A stretch of DNA of 64,000 nt from the human T2T-CHM13v2.0 reference genome, Homo sapiens. The stretch is from NCBI RefSeq assembly GCF_009914755.1, contig NC_060926.1, one strand, 5' to 3'. Positions 29,115 to 49,211 of the stretch are shown one piece after another (position 1 is the stretch's first letter; each line of letters starts with the position of its first letter). The notes under the pieces were generated by a model. That model was given only the letters and a program-made list of their open reading frames with translations, was not told the origin of the DNA and did not search any database. A program made the translations under genes and the position numbers.

Positions 29115-30400
29115 TAGCCAGGATGGTCTCGATCTCCCGACCTCGTGATCCGTCCGCCTCGGCCTCCCAAAGTGCTGGGACCACAGGCGTGAGCCACCGC
29201 GCCCGGCCTGCTTTTATCATCTCGGTTTCCTTGCTATATTCCACGATCAAGCCTTCTTGACAAGGACTTAGTAGTTACTTCTGCCTGGCCGTCTACCCTG
29301 CATAGGACTTTAAATGGTCATAATTCTGGCCCCATGCAGGTAACAGTAAAGCAGAGGCTAATCATTGTTGTCCCATTTTCATGTCTTTGCACTCTACTCA
29401 GGGAGTAGGAAAGCAGCATATTTACAGTTCCAACCCCAAGCACTTATACACAAGTGTTCCACTCTGGTTTACTAGCTCAAAGAGCTATTCTAAACACCCA
29501 GCTTCTTATGAGAAAACAAGTTCTAAGTTTTACATTTAATTTACATTTAGTTCCCAGTCTCGTGCTGGTTTGAAGTCCCAGCTATTGACACCTGGCTCTC
29601 GTTTGTGTTCTCCACATTCCTTACCGCTTTAGCCTTTGCACACTATTAGTTTTCTCACCAATCTGGAAATTTTCACCTTATCTCTCAGTGCAGCTTTGCA
29701 CTAAAAAGATTTCTTTCCTCAATCATTCCTATATGGAATGAATATGTCCATTCTATTATTTTGAGAAGAATTTTGTATGTAGGAAATCATTTGCAAACCA
29801 AATGTAGGCTTTTTTAAAACTTAGATTTAAGATTCTTCTAATAAGCAGAAATATGTCAAACTTCCTCTCTCCTAAATTCAAATAACTTAATTACCACTGT
29901 AATCTATAAAGTGCTTGAGATACCACCCAAGGCTGAATATACCTAAATATATAATATCAAATTCTTTACCTTAATCATTTTATACAAATAACCAAGATGT
30001 TTTTAACACTTTGAATTAAATTCTATTAAGAACCAAATATGGGCTGGGCGCGGTCACTCACACCTGTAATCCCAGTACTTTGGGAGGTCAAGGCAGGCAC
30101 ATCATGAGGTCAGGAAATCGAGACCATCCTGGCTAACACAGTGAAACCCCGTCTCCACTAAAAATACAAAAAAAGAGCTGGGCATGTTGGTGGGCGCCTG
30201 TAATACTAGCTACTTGGGAGGCTGAGGCAGGCTAATCACTCGAACCCAGAAGGCAGAGGTTGCAGTCAGCCGAGATTGCCCTACTGTCCTCCAGCCTGGG
30301 CGATACAGCGAGACTCCATCTCAAACAAACAAACAAACATATGACTTAATAGGTCATTATATAGCATGTATATTATAGACTACCATTACCCTCACTTTTT

Positions 30401-30807
30401 TTTTTAAATTATATTTTAAGTTCTGGGATACATGTGTACAATGTGCAGGTTTGTTACATAGGTATACACATGCCATCATGGTTTGCTGCACCCATCAACC
30501 CATCATCTACATTAGGTATTTCTCTTAATGCTATCCCTCCCCTAGCCCCCCACCCCACGACAGACCCCGGTGAGTGATGTTCCCCTCCCTGTGTCCATGT
30601 GTTCTCATTGTTCAACATCCACTTATGAGTAAGAATATGTGGTGTTTGGTTTTATGTTCCTGTGTCAGTTTGCTGAGAATGATGGTTTTCAGCTTCATCC
30701 ATGTCTCTGCAAAGGACATGAACTCATCCATTTTTATGGCTGCATAGTATTCCATGGTATATATATGCCACATTTTCTTTATCCTGTCTATCATTGATGG
30801 GCATTTG
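30401..30807 (-). mobile_element. Short 5'-truncated L1PA with an 18-bp TSD
   Basis: ccattaccctcacttttt at 30383-30400 and 30808-30825; L1 3'UTR and ORF2-end sequence between them. Confidence 0.93.
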
Positions 30808-30924
30808 CCATTACCCTCACTTTTTACATTTAAAACCATCAACCCTTCTGTGCTGCACTGCATGATCACATGTTCTCAACAAGTGCTTAGCAGGTATCTT
30901 ATGTATTTATACCCAATAAATCTG

Positions 30925-30964
<40 letters not shown>

Positions 30965-32074
30965 TTATCTATAGAATTGGCAATTAAATATCCAACTAGC
31001 CTTTTCCAATTTATTAATAAAAGACATTCACTGCTGTAATACAGCTTTTGATTTTTAAGGGAAATTCCTAAATATTTAAAATGTAGCTTAACAAATACAA
31101 CAGCAACAAAAGGAAAATAAAAATGCTTCAGAGGAGAGATCTTAGTATGTTCATCCACATGGGATGGTAGAATATATATTGGTCTACAGTCTGATAATAT
31201 TGTCTGTCGCAATCTATGGCATCACTACAAAACTTCCCAGAGCCAGGTTTAAGAGCACCTCCCAACTCAGCCTCCTAAGTAGCTATCACTACAGGCACAC
31301 GGCACCATGCCCAGCTAATTTTTAAAAAATTTTCTGTAGAGTGGTCGGATGCGATGGCTCACGCCTATAATCCCAACACTTTGGGAGGCCAAGAAAGGCA
31401 GATCACTTGAGGTCAGGAGTTTGAGATCAGCCTGGTCAATATGCTAAAATCCTGTCTCTACAAAAATTAGCGTGGTGTGCTGACAGGCACCTGTAATCCC
31501 AGCTATGTGGGAGGCTGAGGCAAGGCTGCAGTGAGCCAAGATAGCACCACTGTACTCTATCCAGCCTGGGTGACAGGGCGAGACTTGGTCTCAAACAAAA
31601 AAAAAAAAAAAAAAAATTCTGTAGAGGCCAGGAGCAGGAGCAGTGGTTCAACACTTATAACCCTAGCACTTTGGAAGGCTGAGGTGGGAGGATCGTTTCA
31701 AGTCAGGAAATTTGAGACCAGGCTGGGCAACACAGTGAGATCTTGTCTCTTTTTTTTTGAGACAGGGTCTCGTTCTGTTGCTCAAGCTGGAGTACAGTGG
31801 CATAATTATGGCTCATTGCAGCCTTGATCTCCAAGGCTCAAGTGATCCTTCCACCTCAGCCTCTCAAAGTGCTGGGATTACAGGTGTGAGCCACTGTGCT
31901 CAGCTCATTTCTAGAATACTTTCTAACTAACATGTCAGGATTCTATGAGTCTCGTCAATTTTGTTAAATTATCATATTCACTTAAGAGGATAATACATAA
32001 CCTATCCAATCATTCAATATTCTGAAAAAAAAAGAACTCCTAAGTTTTTCACAAGTAATATAACCAATGCATAC

Positions 32075-32159
32075 CTGTCTAAGTTAGTGCCACCAGAAGA
32101 GTGTTCCTTGGATCCAGCTCTGCTACCATAAAAGGATGATGACTGTAAAGGTAAAAGCC
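32075..32159 (-). CDS. USP37: USP37 coding exon 7 (aa 260-287, GLLPLQSSS...TNLD)
   Basis: tatag|GGCTT acceptor and CAG|gtatgc donor; 85 nt. Confidence 0.96.
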
Positions 32160-32279
32160 CTATAAAACAAATGAACAAAGGAAAAACTTAATTCCTAAAT
32201 CAACCATTCAAGTTCATTTAATAATAAAAGTATACATTAGTCCTGATTATATTTAACTCTTTTTCCTTCTCATCAAATA

Positions 32280-35239
32280 CAGGAATACCTCATTTTATTG
32301 CTCTTTGCTTTATTGTGCCTCACAGATATTGCAGGTTTTTTTGTATGTTTTTTTTTAAACAAATGGAAGGCTGTGGCAACCCTGCACCAAGCAAGTCTAT
32401 CAGTGCCATTTTCCCAACAGTATACGCTCGCTCACTTCATGTCTATGTCACATTTTGGTAATTCTTGCAATGTTTCAAACTTTTTAATTATATCTATTAC
32501 AGTGATCTGCGATCAGTGATCTTTGATGTTACTGTTGTCACTGTTTTGGGGTACCACGAACTGCACCCATATAAGACGGCAAACTCAATTTATCTGACTG
32601 CTCCACCAAATTGTCATTATTACCCCATCTCTGTCTCTCTTCTTGGGCCTCCCTATTCCCTGAGACAATATATTGAAATTAGGATAATTAATAACCCTAC
32701 AATGACCTCTGTGTTTTTAAGTGAAAAGAAGAGATGCACATCTCCTTTTAAATAAAAATCTAGCAATAATTAAGCCCAGTCAGGGAGGCACGTCAAAAGC
32801 TGAGACAGGATGAAAGCTAGGCCTTTTGCACCAAACAGCCAATGCAAAGGAAAAGCTCTTGACAGAAATTAAAAGTGCTACTCAAGTGAACAAGTGAATT
32901 ACAAAGCAAAACAACCTTATTGCTGATGTGGAGAAAGTTTTAGTGGTCTCGGCAGAAGATCAAACCAGCCACAATGTTCTCTTAAGCTAAAGCCTAATCC
33001 AGGGTAAAGGTCTAGTCTAACTCTCTTCAATTCTATAAAGGCTGAGAGAAGCAGAAGAAAAATGTGAAGCTAGTAAGAGCTGGTTCATCAGGTTTAAAAA
33101 AAGAAGCCATCTCCATAATATAAAAGTACAAAGTGAAGCAGCAACTACTGATATTAAAGCTGCAGCAAGTTACTGAGATCTAGCTAAGATCACTGATGAA
33201 GGTGGCTACGTTAAACAACAGGTCTTCGATGTAGCTGCAATAGCTTTATATTGGAAGATGCCATCTAAGAGTTTCGTAGCTAGAGAGAAATCAATGCCTA
33301 GCTTCAAAGTTTCAAAGGACAGGCTGACTCTCTTGCTAGGCGCTAATGTGGCTGAGGACTTGAAGCTGAAGCCAATGCTCACTTACCATACTGAAGATAC
33401 TAGGGCCCTTAAGAATTATGCTAATTCTACTTGCCTGTGCTCTAGAAATGGAACAACGAAACCTAGATGACAACTCTTCTGTTCACAACATGATTTAATC
33501 AATATTTTAAGCCACTACTGATACCCAATGCTCAGAAAAAAAGATTGTTTTCAAAATACTACTGCTCCTTGACAATGCACCTAGTAACACAAGAGCTCTG
33601 ATGGAGACATACAAAGATAATGTTGTTTTCACGCCTACTAACTCAACATCCATTCTACAGCCCATGGATCAAGGAGTCATTTCAATTTTCAAGTCTTACT
33701 ATTTAAGAAATACATTTCAGAAGGCTACAGCAGACAGTGATCCCTCTGATGGAGCTAGGCAAAGTGAACTGAAAATCTTCTGGAAAGAATTTATCATTCT
33801 AGATACCATTAAGAACACTTGTAATTCATGAAAAGAGGTCAAAATAGCAACCATAACAGGAGTTTGGAAGTTGATTCCAACCTTCACGGATAACCTTGAG
33901 GGTTCAAGACATCAGTGGAGATGCAGTCAACTGCAGATATTGTGGGAATATCAAGAGAACTACAAGTGGAGCCTGCAGATGTGACTGAATTGCTGCAATC
34001 TCATGATCAGACTTTAATGGATGTGGAGTTGCTTCCTACGGATGAGCAAAGAAAGAAGTCTCCTGAGATGAAATCTAATTCTGGTAAAGAAACCATGAAT
34101 ATTGTTGAAGTTACAACATAGGATTTAGAATATTACATAAATTTAGTTGAGAAAACAATGGTAGTGTCTGAAAGGACTGATCCCAATTTTGAAAGAAGTT
34201 CTGTGGGTAAAATGCTATCAAGCAGCATCACATGCTACAGAGAAACCTTTCATGAAACGAAGAGTCAATCAGAGATGTGACAAATTGTCTTAAGAAATTG
34301 CCTTGGCCGGGTGCAGTGGCTCACGTCTGTAATACCAGCACTTTGAGATACTGAGGCAGGCGGATCATGAGGTCAGGAGCTTGAGACCAGCCTGGCCAAT
34401 ATGGTGAAACCCCATCTCTACTAAAAATACAAAAATTAGCTGCATGTAGTGGTGTGCGCCTGTAGTCCCAGCTACTCGGGAGGCTGAGGCAGAAGAATTG
34501 CTTGAACCCAGGAGGCAGAGGTTGCAGTGAGCCGAGGATCGTGCCACTGCACTCCAGCCTGGGCGACAGAGCAAGACTCTGTCTCAAAAAAAAAAAAAAA
34601 AAGAAAGAAAGAAATTGCCACAGCTGCCTTAGCCTTCAGCAACCACCACCCTAATTAGCAGCCAACAACACAGAAGACCCTCCACCAGCAAAATGATTAC
34701 AACCCTCTGAAGGTTCAGATGATTGTTAGCATTTTTTTGCAATAAACTATTTTAAAATTATGACTGGCTGGGTGCAGTGGGTCCTGCCTGTAACTCCAGT
34801 ACTTCGGGAGGCTGAGGCAGTGGATCACTTGAGCCCAGGAGCTGGGGACCAGCCTGGGCCATACGGCAAAACCATGTCTCTACAAAAAATACAAAAAATT
34901 AGCTGGGCATGGTGGTGTGCACCTGTAATCCCAGCTACTTGGGAGGCTGAGGTGGGAGACAGCCTAAGCCCAGGAGGTCAAGGATGCAGTGAGACAAGAT
35001 CACACCACTGAACTCCAGCCAGGGCGACAGAGTGAGACCCTATCTCAAAAAAAAAAAGGTACTTTATTATTATTTTTTTTTTAGACATAATGCTATTGCA
35101 CACTTAACTGACTCCAGCATAGTATAAACATAACTTTTATTGCACTGGGAAACCAAAAAATTCATTCTTGCTTTTTTGTGCTATTAGCTTTATTTATGTG
35201 GTCTGGAACTACATCTGCAATATCTCTGAAGTATGCCGG
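32280..35239 (+). mobile_element. Near full-length Tigger1 DNA transposon with a decayed transposase, interrupted by two Alus (~34305-34612 and 34786-35058)
   Basis: TA|caggaatacctc ... gaagtatgccgg|TA termini. ORFs at 33258-34121 give pogo DDE fragments ([23 protein letters not shown]), and LLLLDNAPS is readable at ~33557. The first Alu has TSD aagaaattgcc. Confidence 0.93.
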
Positions 35240-36324
35240 TACACATGTATGTTAAAAGATAAAATACCGTGAAAGAAGCTATAATAGCAAAGCTACCCTC
35301 TCCTGCCCCCAAGTTCCACAAGTTGTACTTCTATTTTTTAACGATTTAAAAAAACTTTTTTTTTTCTGATTTCTTCAACAGTGCTAATAACATTTCTACT
35401 ACTTCTTGATTTACTCATTTTAAACAGTATCAATTGACTCTTTATTGTAGAAAATTAGTATCACCCCTACTCTTGTTCTCCTCTCTCCAACCATTAGTAG
35501 TGTTACTTTAGTTCTTCCACCGATTAACTCTGTAACTTTAACACATTTAAAACGTCTACGTTTTGTTCCATTAATCTTGTCATTTGGCCATGCACTTCCT
35601 TCTCTCCTCCACATCAAATTTTGTGAGATGTACCTTAACTTCAGCATTGTTAAGGCTTATTACAGCTTATGTTTTCTGTTTTTTAACTATAGGCTGATTA
35701 TAAAAGCTGAGAGACAATAAGCAGAGTTTATATCTTCTAAATATTATTATTTCAGAGGTAAGACTTACATGTGATATTTCTTTCTGTAGGAGTCAATGTC
35801 ACAATCCCAAACCACTAAAAGAAGAATATTCCTAGGGTCCTGATCAACTGGATTCTCTTAAACTATCAATTTATCAAAATCATGCCATATTTTAGCTTAC
35901 TTCAAGTTAAAGTTGACATAATACTCAAGTTAATACCAGATAACGGACTCTCTAAGGATTTCAGAGAATCGAACAGATACGTTAAGTGTGGGAAACATCT
36001 GACAAAAATGTTTTTGTAAAAACAGGGTAGAAGGTTAAGTTTAAAAAACTGCTTCAGACAATAATTTCAAGATCTTCTGAAGCTTCTAATAAGCACTAAC
36101 ACTGATGCACTTTAATTTCAACCACTTTACTCCTCTAATTCATTCTATGGTCCTGGTACTTTGACAATGAAACAGCTTAATTCTAGGCAGTCAAATAGGG
36201 GAAGAATAAGGTAAAGACTGGATTCTTTATAAACAGAATACAAATTCCCTGGATTTCTAATACTTTAAAATATTTTAGCCAAGTACTGGGTACAAATTGG
36301 CACCCAATAACTAACACCAGATTA

Positions 36325-38160
<1,836 letters not shown>

Positions 38161-39274
38161 GGAAAAGAAAAATCAAAATCAAAACTGTGTATTCCACATG
38201 AATAGCAATACTATTTGCTAAGCAGCAACAGCATTTTAATTTATATTGATTAAAATTCTTTAGGATCATGAATACAAAGTTAAAATTTCTTTTAAAAGCC
38301 CTTTTCTCCCCTGTATTATTTTCAAATACCTCAACCCATATAAGTAGAGAGTGTCCATTCAAATAAATGTTCATGCTTTAACAGTGCTAATTTAAGGGGA
38401 ACCATCATGAACTAAGCCTGTGGCAGACAATGCCTAAGTGTGCCCCACCTAGATTCCCACTGACTCATTTTTATATTCTCTCTTCCATATCTTCACACCA
38501 ACTTATGTTTTTGATAGCCAGTACCAAGGGCTCTTCTTCACAGGACTGCCCTCAAGTTACTAGAGATACTTTGCCTGTAATCTCAGAGTCACAAACAAGG
38601 CCGGGCGCTACAGTAGAGAAGCCCAGCTCTCTTGATTTGGATTAAAACAACTTTATGGTGGAAGCTACATAACAGATTTCTGTAATATCAGGATGAAGAC
38701 TAACCTTCATGTCCTTGTGTGACTTCTCCAGGATCACATCCATGCTTTGTTTCCTGCCCTTAACTATATTGCTTTCCTTACTCCCTTCACTATCTTCTCT
38801 GGGAGTACTTCCTTAGTAATTCACATGCACACTAATCTCCATTTCAGATTCTGCTTCTGGGGAACATAATCTACAACAGCTGGTACTAAAAGTGGGCCTA
38901 GGAAGCACACTCTAAGGATAGGATTCTGGAATTGGACCCTTGTTTGGCAATGGCAACAGAAATTCTGTTGCTGATAGTAATACCTCTGACATCTTATAGT
39001 GTTACAATTGCTAAGATTTTCACCTATGGTGAATTAGGATGAAATAAGGTAGAGAAGGATAGGGCTCACGCAGTATCTCCAGTATTTTAGAAATGTGGTA
39101 GAATGATTACACAATAGATCATATTGGGGTAATGGAAATGTTCTGAAACTAGATAATGATGACGTAATATAACTAAAAAAATTTACTAAAAATCATTGAC
39201 TTATATACCCTTAAAATGGGTCAATTACATGGTATGTAAATTGTAGCTTAATAAAGTTGTTTTTAAAATGTCGC

Positions 39275-39760
39275 AAATTATTTCACTCCCTATATTCAAG
39301 CTTCTAATCAATAAATTCAGTCTATTTCTTCATCCCTTAATGGGGCTAGTCCTGTGATTTCCTTTTCCCAAAACAATGTGACAGAAGTTAACAGTGTGTG
39401 AGTTCTGACCCTAAGTCTAAAGGTGCCCTGCAGGTTTCCACTCACTCTCTTGGAACCCTGCCACTGCTATGTGAATAATCCCAGGCTAGCCTGTTAACAG
39501 TGGAAGACACATGGCCCAATCACGCCCACCACTCAATGGCCAGTTATATGAGTGAGGCCATCCTAGACCAGTCAAACTCTAGCCAAACCATCTACTGACT
39601 ACAGAGGCGTAACAAAATTAGAATCCAGGTACTATGAGCCAAACTGGGCCCAGATAAACAGAACCACCCAGGTGACCATAAATTCATAAGCAAAAATGAA
39701 TAGTTACTATTTCAAGTCACTAAATTTTGGAGTGGTTTGGATACAGCAACAGATAAGATG
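39275..39760 (+). mobile_element. MLT1-type MaLR LTR inserted into the ERVL remnant
   Basis: Motifs ctcactctcttggaaccctgcc, tgagtgaggccatcctagacc and aagtcactaaattttggagtggttt. Confidence 0.75.
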
Positions 39761-40925
39761 TAGGTAATATCAGGTAAATAATCATCAAAAAGACTATGGA
39801 ATTGACTGGTTGATGCTGAGTATTTATGTGTTCAAGAGAGAAGACAGGCTCAGTTGAGCCAATTACCAACTTAAAGGACAAAGACAATGTGTAGAGTCAC
39901 CCACAGGAGAGTTGCAGCCCAGACCTTGTAAAGCAAGACCATGCTGTCTGCAGCCAAAAATTATACCTCATCTGTAAAGTATGGCATACTACTCTTGGCA
40001 TATTATTAAGCCCTGGAAGAGACAGAGCATCTGACTGATGGTCATCAAGGGACTGTGCAACCAGAGCTAACCATCAGGAGCTAAGCGCTATCACACCCAT
40101 GAAGTGATAAGACCAGGAGAGTACAACAGCAATTCATCATAAAATGGAAGCAGGTATATTGGAATTGGGCCCAAGTAAGAAAGAGATGACAAGAACAAGC
40201 GTTAGGGGCATTTCCTACATCAAGCTGAAACGAGGAATAAACCTGGGCCTGATTAATGGATAGGTCATCTTGGTACATTGGTACAAACTGCAAATAAACT
40301 ACTGTTGCACTATAGTCCCACTAGGGACTGCCTTGAAAGACAGTTGTGAGGGGAAATCCTCCATTGTGCAGAGCTTGGAGGGATGCATCTCATCATCTAC
40401 TTTGTATGGAGAGAGAAGTGGGTCATGGACTCCTGGGTTGTGGCAAATGATTTGGATAAATAGGGGCTTGGAACGAGCAAGCCTGGAAGATTGGAAAGAA
40501 ATGATTTATGGAAGAGGCATATGGACAGACTTATGGGAGTATGTACAAAGAGTGATCTGTTTTACATGTTAATGCTCACCAGAGAACAACACTAAAGAGA
40601 CACTAAACAATCAGCAGGATAACTTGTCCAGTGCATGTCAGCCAGCCTCTGTCCTTAGACATTCCGTTATTTCCACAAAGGGACCATGAATAACGTAACA
40701 GCCATGGTGGCAGATAGAAGCTATAAAAAATGGGTTCCCCTTCACCAAGGTTTATCTACTGTGGCTGCTGAATGTCCAGTTGGTTAACAGCAAAGACTGA
40801 GACCCTGATCCAAGGGCATCCCTTGAGAAAACCAGTCATTTGGTAGCATATTGATTATGTCAGATTTTTTCCACACTAAAAAAGACAGCAATTAATCCTT
40901 ATTGGGACTGACAATATTCTAGATA

Positions 40926-42882
<1,957 letters not shown>

Positions 42883-44395
42883 TATACATTTGCCTATGCT
42901 GTCTATGGTGCCTTGACCAGTATTACTATCCAAGGACTCATAGGAGTATCTCATTCACTAACAAGAAAACTCACATAGTATCTTAGAACAAGGATTCCAC
43001 TTTGCAGAATAGGAGGTACAATGACAGCATATGACCACAAAGATCCACAGTTCCTACCACATACAGTATTACCCCAAAGCTGCTGGCCTGATAAAGTGCT
43101 GCAATACCCTTTAAAAGTGCAGAATGAAGAGGATCTCATTAAGAATGGGGTGGCCTTCAAGATACCAATAAATCATTCCATTTGTAAAAAATATATGGGT
43201 CCAGCAACCAAGAAGTAAAAGCAGGAGTAGCCCCATTTGCCATTATTTTTCAATAACTCACTTGGAGAATTTGTGCTGTCTCTCCAAATTAGATTTTGTG
43301 GGTCCTAGTTCCCAGAGGGGGTGCTTTTTAATCAAGGAGGACAGTTGAAGAACAATTAAACCTGAAGTTATGGCTGTTACCTAGCTATTTTGAGCTCCTC
43401 ATGCAGGCAGATTCATAGGAAAGAAAAGGAGTTACCATACTGGCAGGGGTAAATGACTATTGTAAGGAAGACGGGTTGCTGCTATATAACGAGGGCAGTG
43501 AGGAATTTATATGGTATAAAGGGGATTCACTAGGGTGCCTCTTAATGCTCTCATGCTCAGTGATAAGCATAGCTCTCATGTAATTATAATGGGCAATCAC
43601 AACAACCACAGTCTGACAAGCACATGGTGACCAAAGGCTCAAATCCCTCAGATGAAGATCTCGGTAATGCCATTCAGTCAAACTATCAAGATGAGCAGAA
43701 GTGTTAATAGAGGATGCATGGAATTGATGGTAGGAAGAGATGTCAATATGGGTTACAGCCCTAAGACCACCTGCAGCAACACACTGTGGTTAATCCCACT
43801 AAGCCTCCTTTTGTAAGATTCTTCCCCAGAAGTGGGAAGCAACAATATGAAGAATCCATGACAAAATGGAATAAACTTAATACAAGACAGGAGTCAATAT
43901 AAACGGTACAAGCTAGGGGAAGGGGGAACTATAGTACCAACTCTTTTAGTGGACAATGGTGACGCTCCATCAGAGTCTCTAAGATCCTTTTTATCCTTTA
44001 CACACCCCTAGACTGTGTATTTTCAATGTGGTTCACCAGTCAGCATCTGCAGTTCTTCAGAGGACTGCATTTAACTACTTAAAACATTTTGCCCACCTGG
44101 ACAGAGCCAGAGCAACTGGTAACCAAAGATGGTCCAGTATGGAAATAGGAAATCCCAGCCTCCCTGCCTCAAGCTAGAACAACCCAAGAGTTTCCCTGCT
44201 AGATCAAGACGAAGCCTATTCTCTGTGGTACTTTTACCTGAGATCACACTCTTGCTTGGCTTCCTCTTCTTCTCTGGCCTGCTTCTCCCACTCTGTTATT
44301 TGTCTCCTCTATAAGCACTGCTTTAAATGTCATTTGCACAAGTATATTCATCTAGGTCAGCTTCTAAGGAGTGCAAACTTAAAAAAAATCTAGAT

Positions 44396-47660
<3,265 letters not shown>

Positions 47661-48340
47661 AGTTTCTTTGGCTTTTTCCCAACTCCTTTCTAGTGACCTC
47701 TTGACCTCAAGTACCAATTAACTGTCTACCAACTGATTCTGTTAAGGTATTAATTGAGATTTTAACTGATAACTGTATAATTAGTTTTCTCCCCTAGAAG
47801 ACAAAAAAAAAAATCCTCACAAAATGAGGACGATGATTACGAGTTGGCGAGCACCCTGGGTTGATCTATTCCCTTTTGTTCAACCCAGAAAACATCTCTG
47901 AAAGATTAATGCTACTTGCCTAGAACACATAGGCTCACATCCTTTAACCTCTAGGCTGACTTTTTACATGAGTAAAATGAAAAAGTAAAAATTTTTTTTT
48001 TAATTAAGCATAAAGAAGACAAGAAGGGGTTCACACTAAAACAGCAGCCAGCAAGAAACATTTGTTTAGAGTTCTTCAGTTCTATTCTCCCACTAAGTAC
48101 TGCAGATTTAAGAAAAGGCAGGATAAGAGAAATGCAATGAAATGACCAAAGCAATAGCACTGGCTAATTTCCCTCTCTATTGAGCCTACAGTCTACTGTC
48201 ACCAAACTACTTTACATTCTGCTCTTCCATCTTTGGAATTCTCATAAATTAAAACCATTTCCCCAATCTTCCCCAGTGGTTACAAATACCAATATAAGAA
48301 ACACTGCTCTAACACTATAAAGGCCCTTAAAGTAACTTAC

Positions 48341-48418
48341 GATGATGAATCATTTTCCTTAGGGTAATCTTCATTCAATTCTGAGCCAGTTGATATCATT
48401 CTTTTCCTCTTTTCAGTA
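48341..48418 (-). CDS. USP37: USP37 coding exon 5 (aa 201-226, RTEKRKRMIS...PKENDSS); KEN motif at aa 221-223
   Basis: tgtag|TACT acceptor and TC|gtaagt donor; 78 nt; phase 2-2. Confidence 0.96.
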
Positions 48419-48524
48419 CTACAGAGAACAAAGAAAAGGTTACTTTTAAAAAGCCACAATTCATATCACAAAAATTCATAAATCAACATACTGAAGGACA
48501 GGAAATGGGACTACTATTATCTAA

Positions 48525-48719
<195 letters not shown>

Positions 48720-49038
48720 TAGTAGAGAAGGGTTTTCACTATGTTAGCCAGGATGGTCTCAATCTCCTGACCTCATGATCCGCCCGCCTCAGTCTCCCAA
48801 AGTGTTGGGATTACAGGCGTGAGCTATCACACCTGGCCCATATTTAAATTTATATGCTGTATATTTGTATGCTTAATACATGTCACTGACATAAACTACA
48901 TATGACAAATACTTGTAATCATTACATCTACCAAAAATGTACTCTATACTTTATTTCTCCTCAAATTACTGGTATTTCTAAAAGGCCTAAAAGACATTTA
49001 CAGATACAGCTAGTGACTAAGAAAAAAGTCTCTCCTAC

Positions 49039-49211
49039 CGATTTTCTAGCAACCCTGATCTAAGAGGTGTTGAAGTAGATGTCAAAGAAGGAATCGTCCG
49101 AGCTATTCCACTTCCTGCTACAGTCTTAATCGATCCTCTACCCGGATTACCAAGAACTTTTCGAAATGGAATATCATCTTTAGTTTCCAAACTTCCTCTT
49201 TTTGCAGAAGC
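49039..49211 (-). CDS. USP37: USP37 coding exon 4 (aa 144-200, ASAKRGSLE...LLEN); contains the RKVL motif
   Basis: tacag|GCT acceptor and CG|gtagga donor; 173 nt; open frame. Confidence 0.96.

Noticed and set aside
33258-34121. Possible domesticated TIGD-like transposase
   Set aside because: Broken by stops and frameshifts; an ordinary Tigger1 fossil.
47830-47902. Box C/D snoRNA-like reading on the plus strand (gatgat...ctga)
   Set aside because: Box C is imperfect, there is no terminal stem, and it is antisense to the host gene, so it could not be intron-processed.
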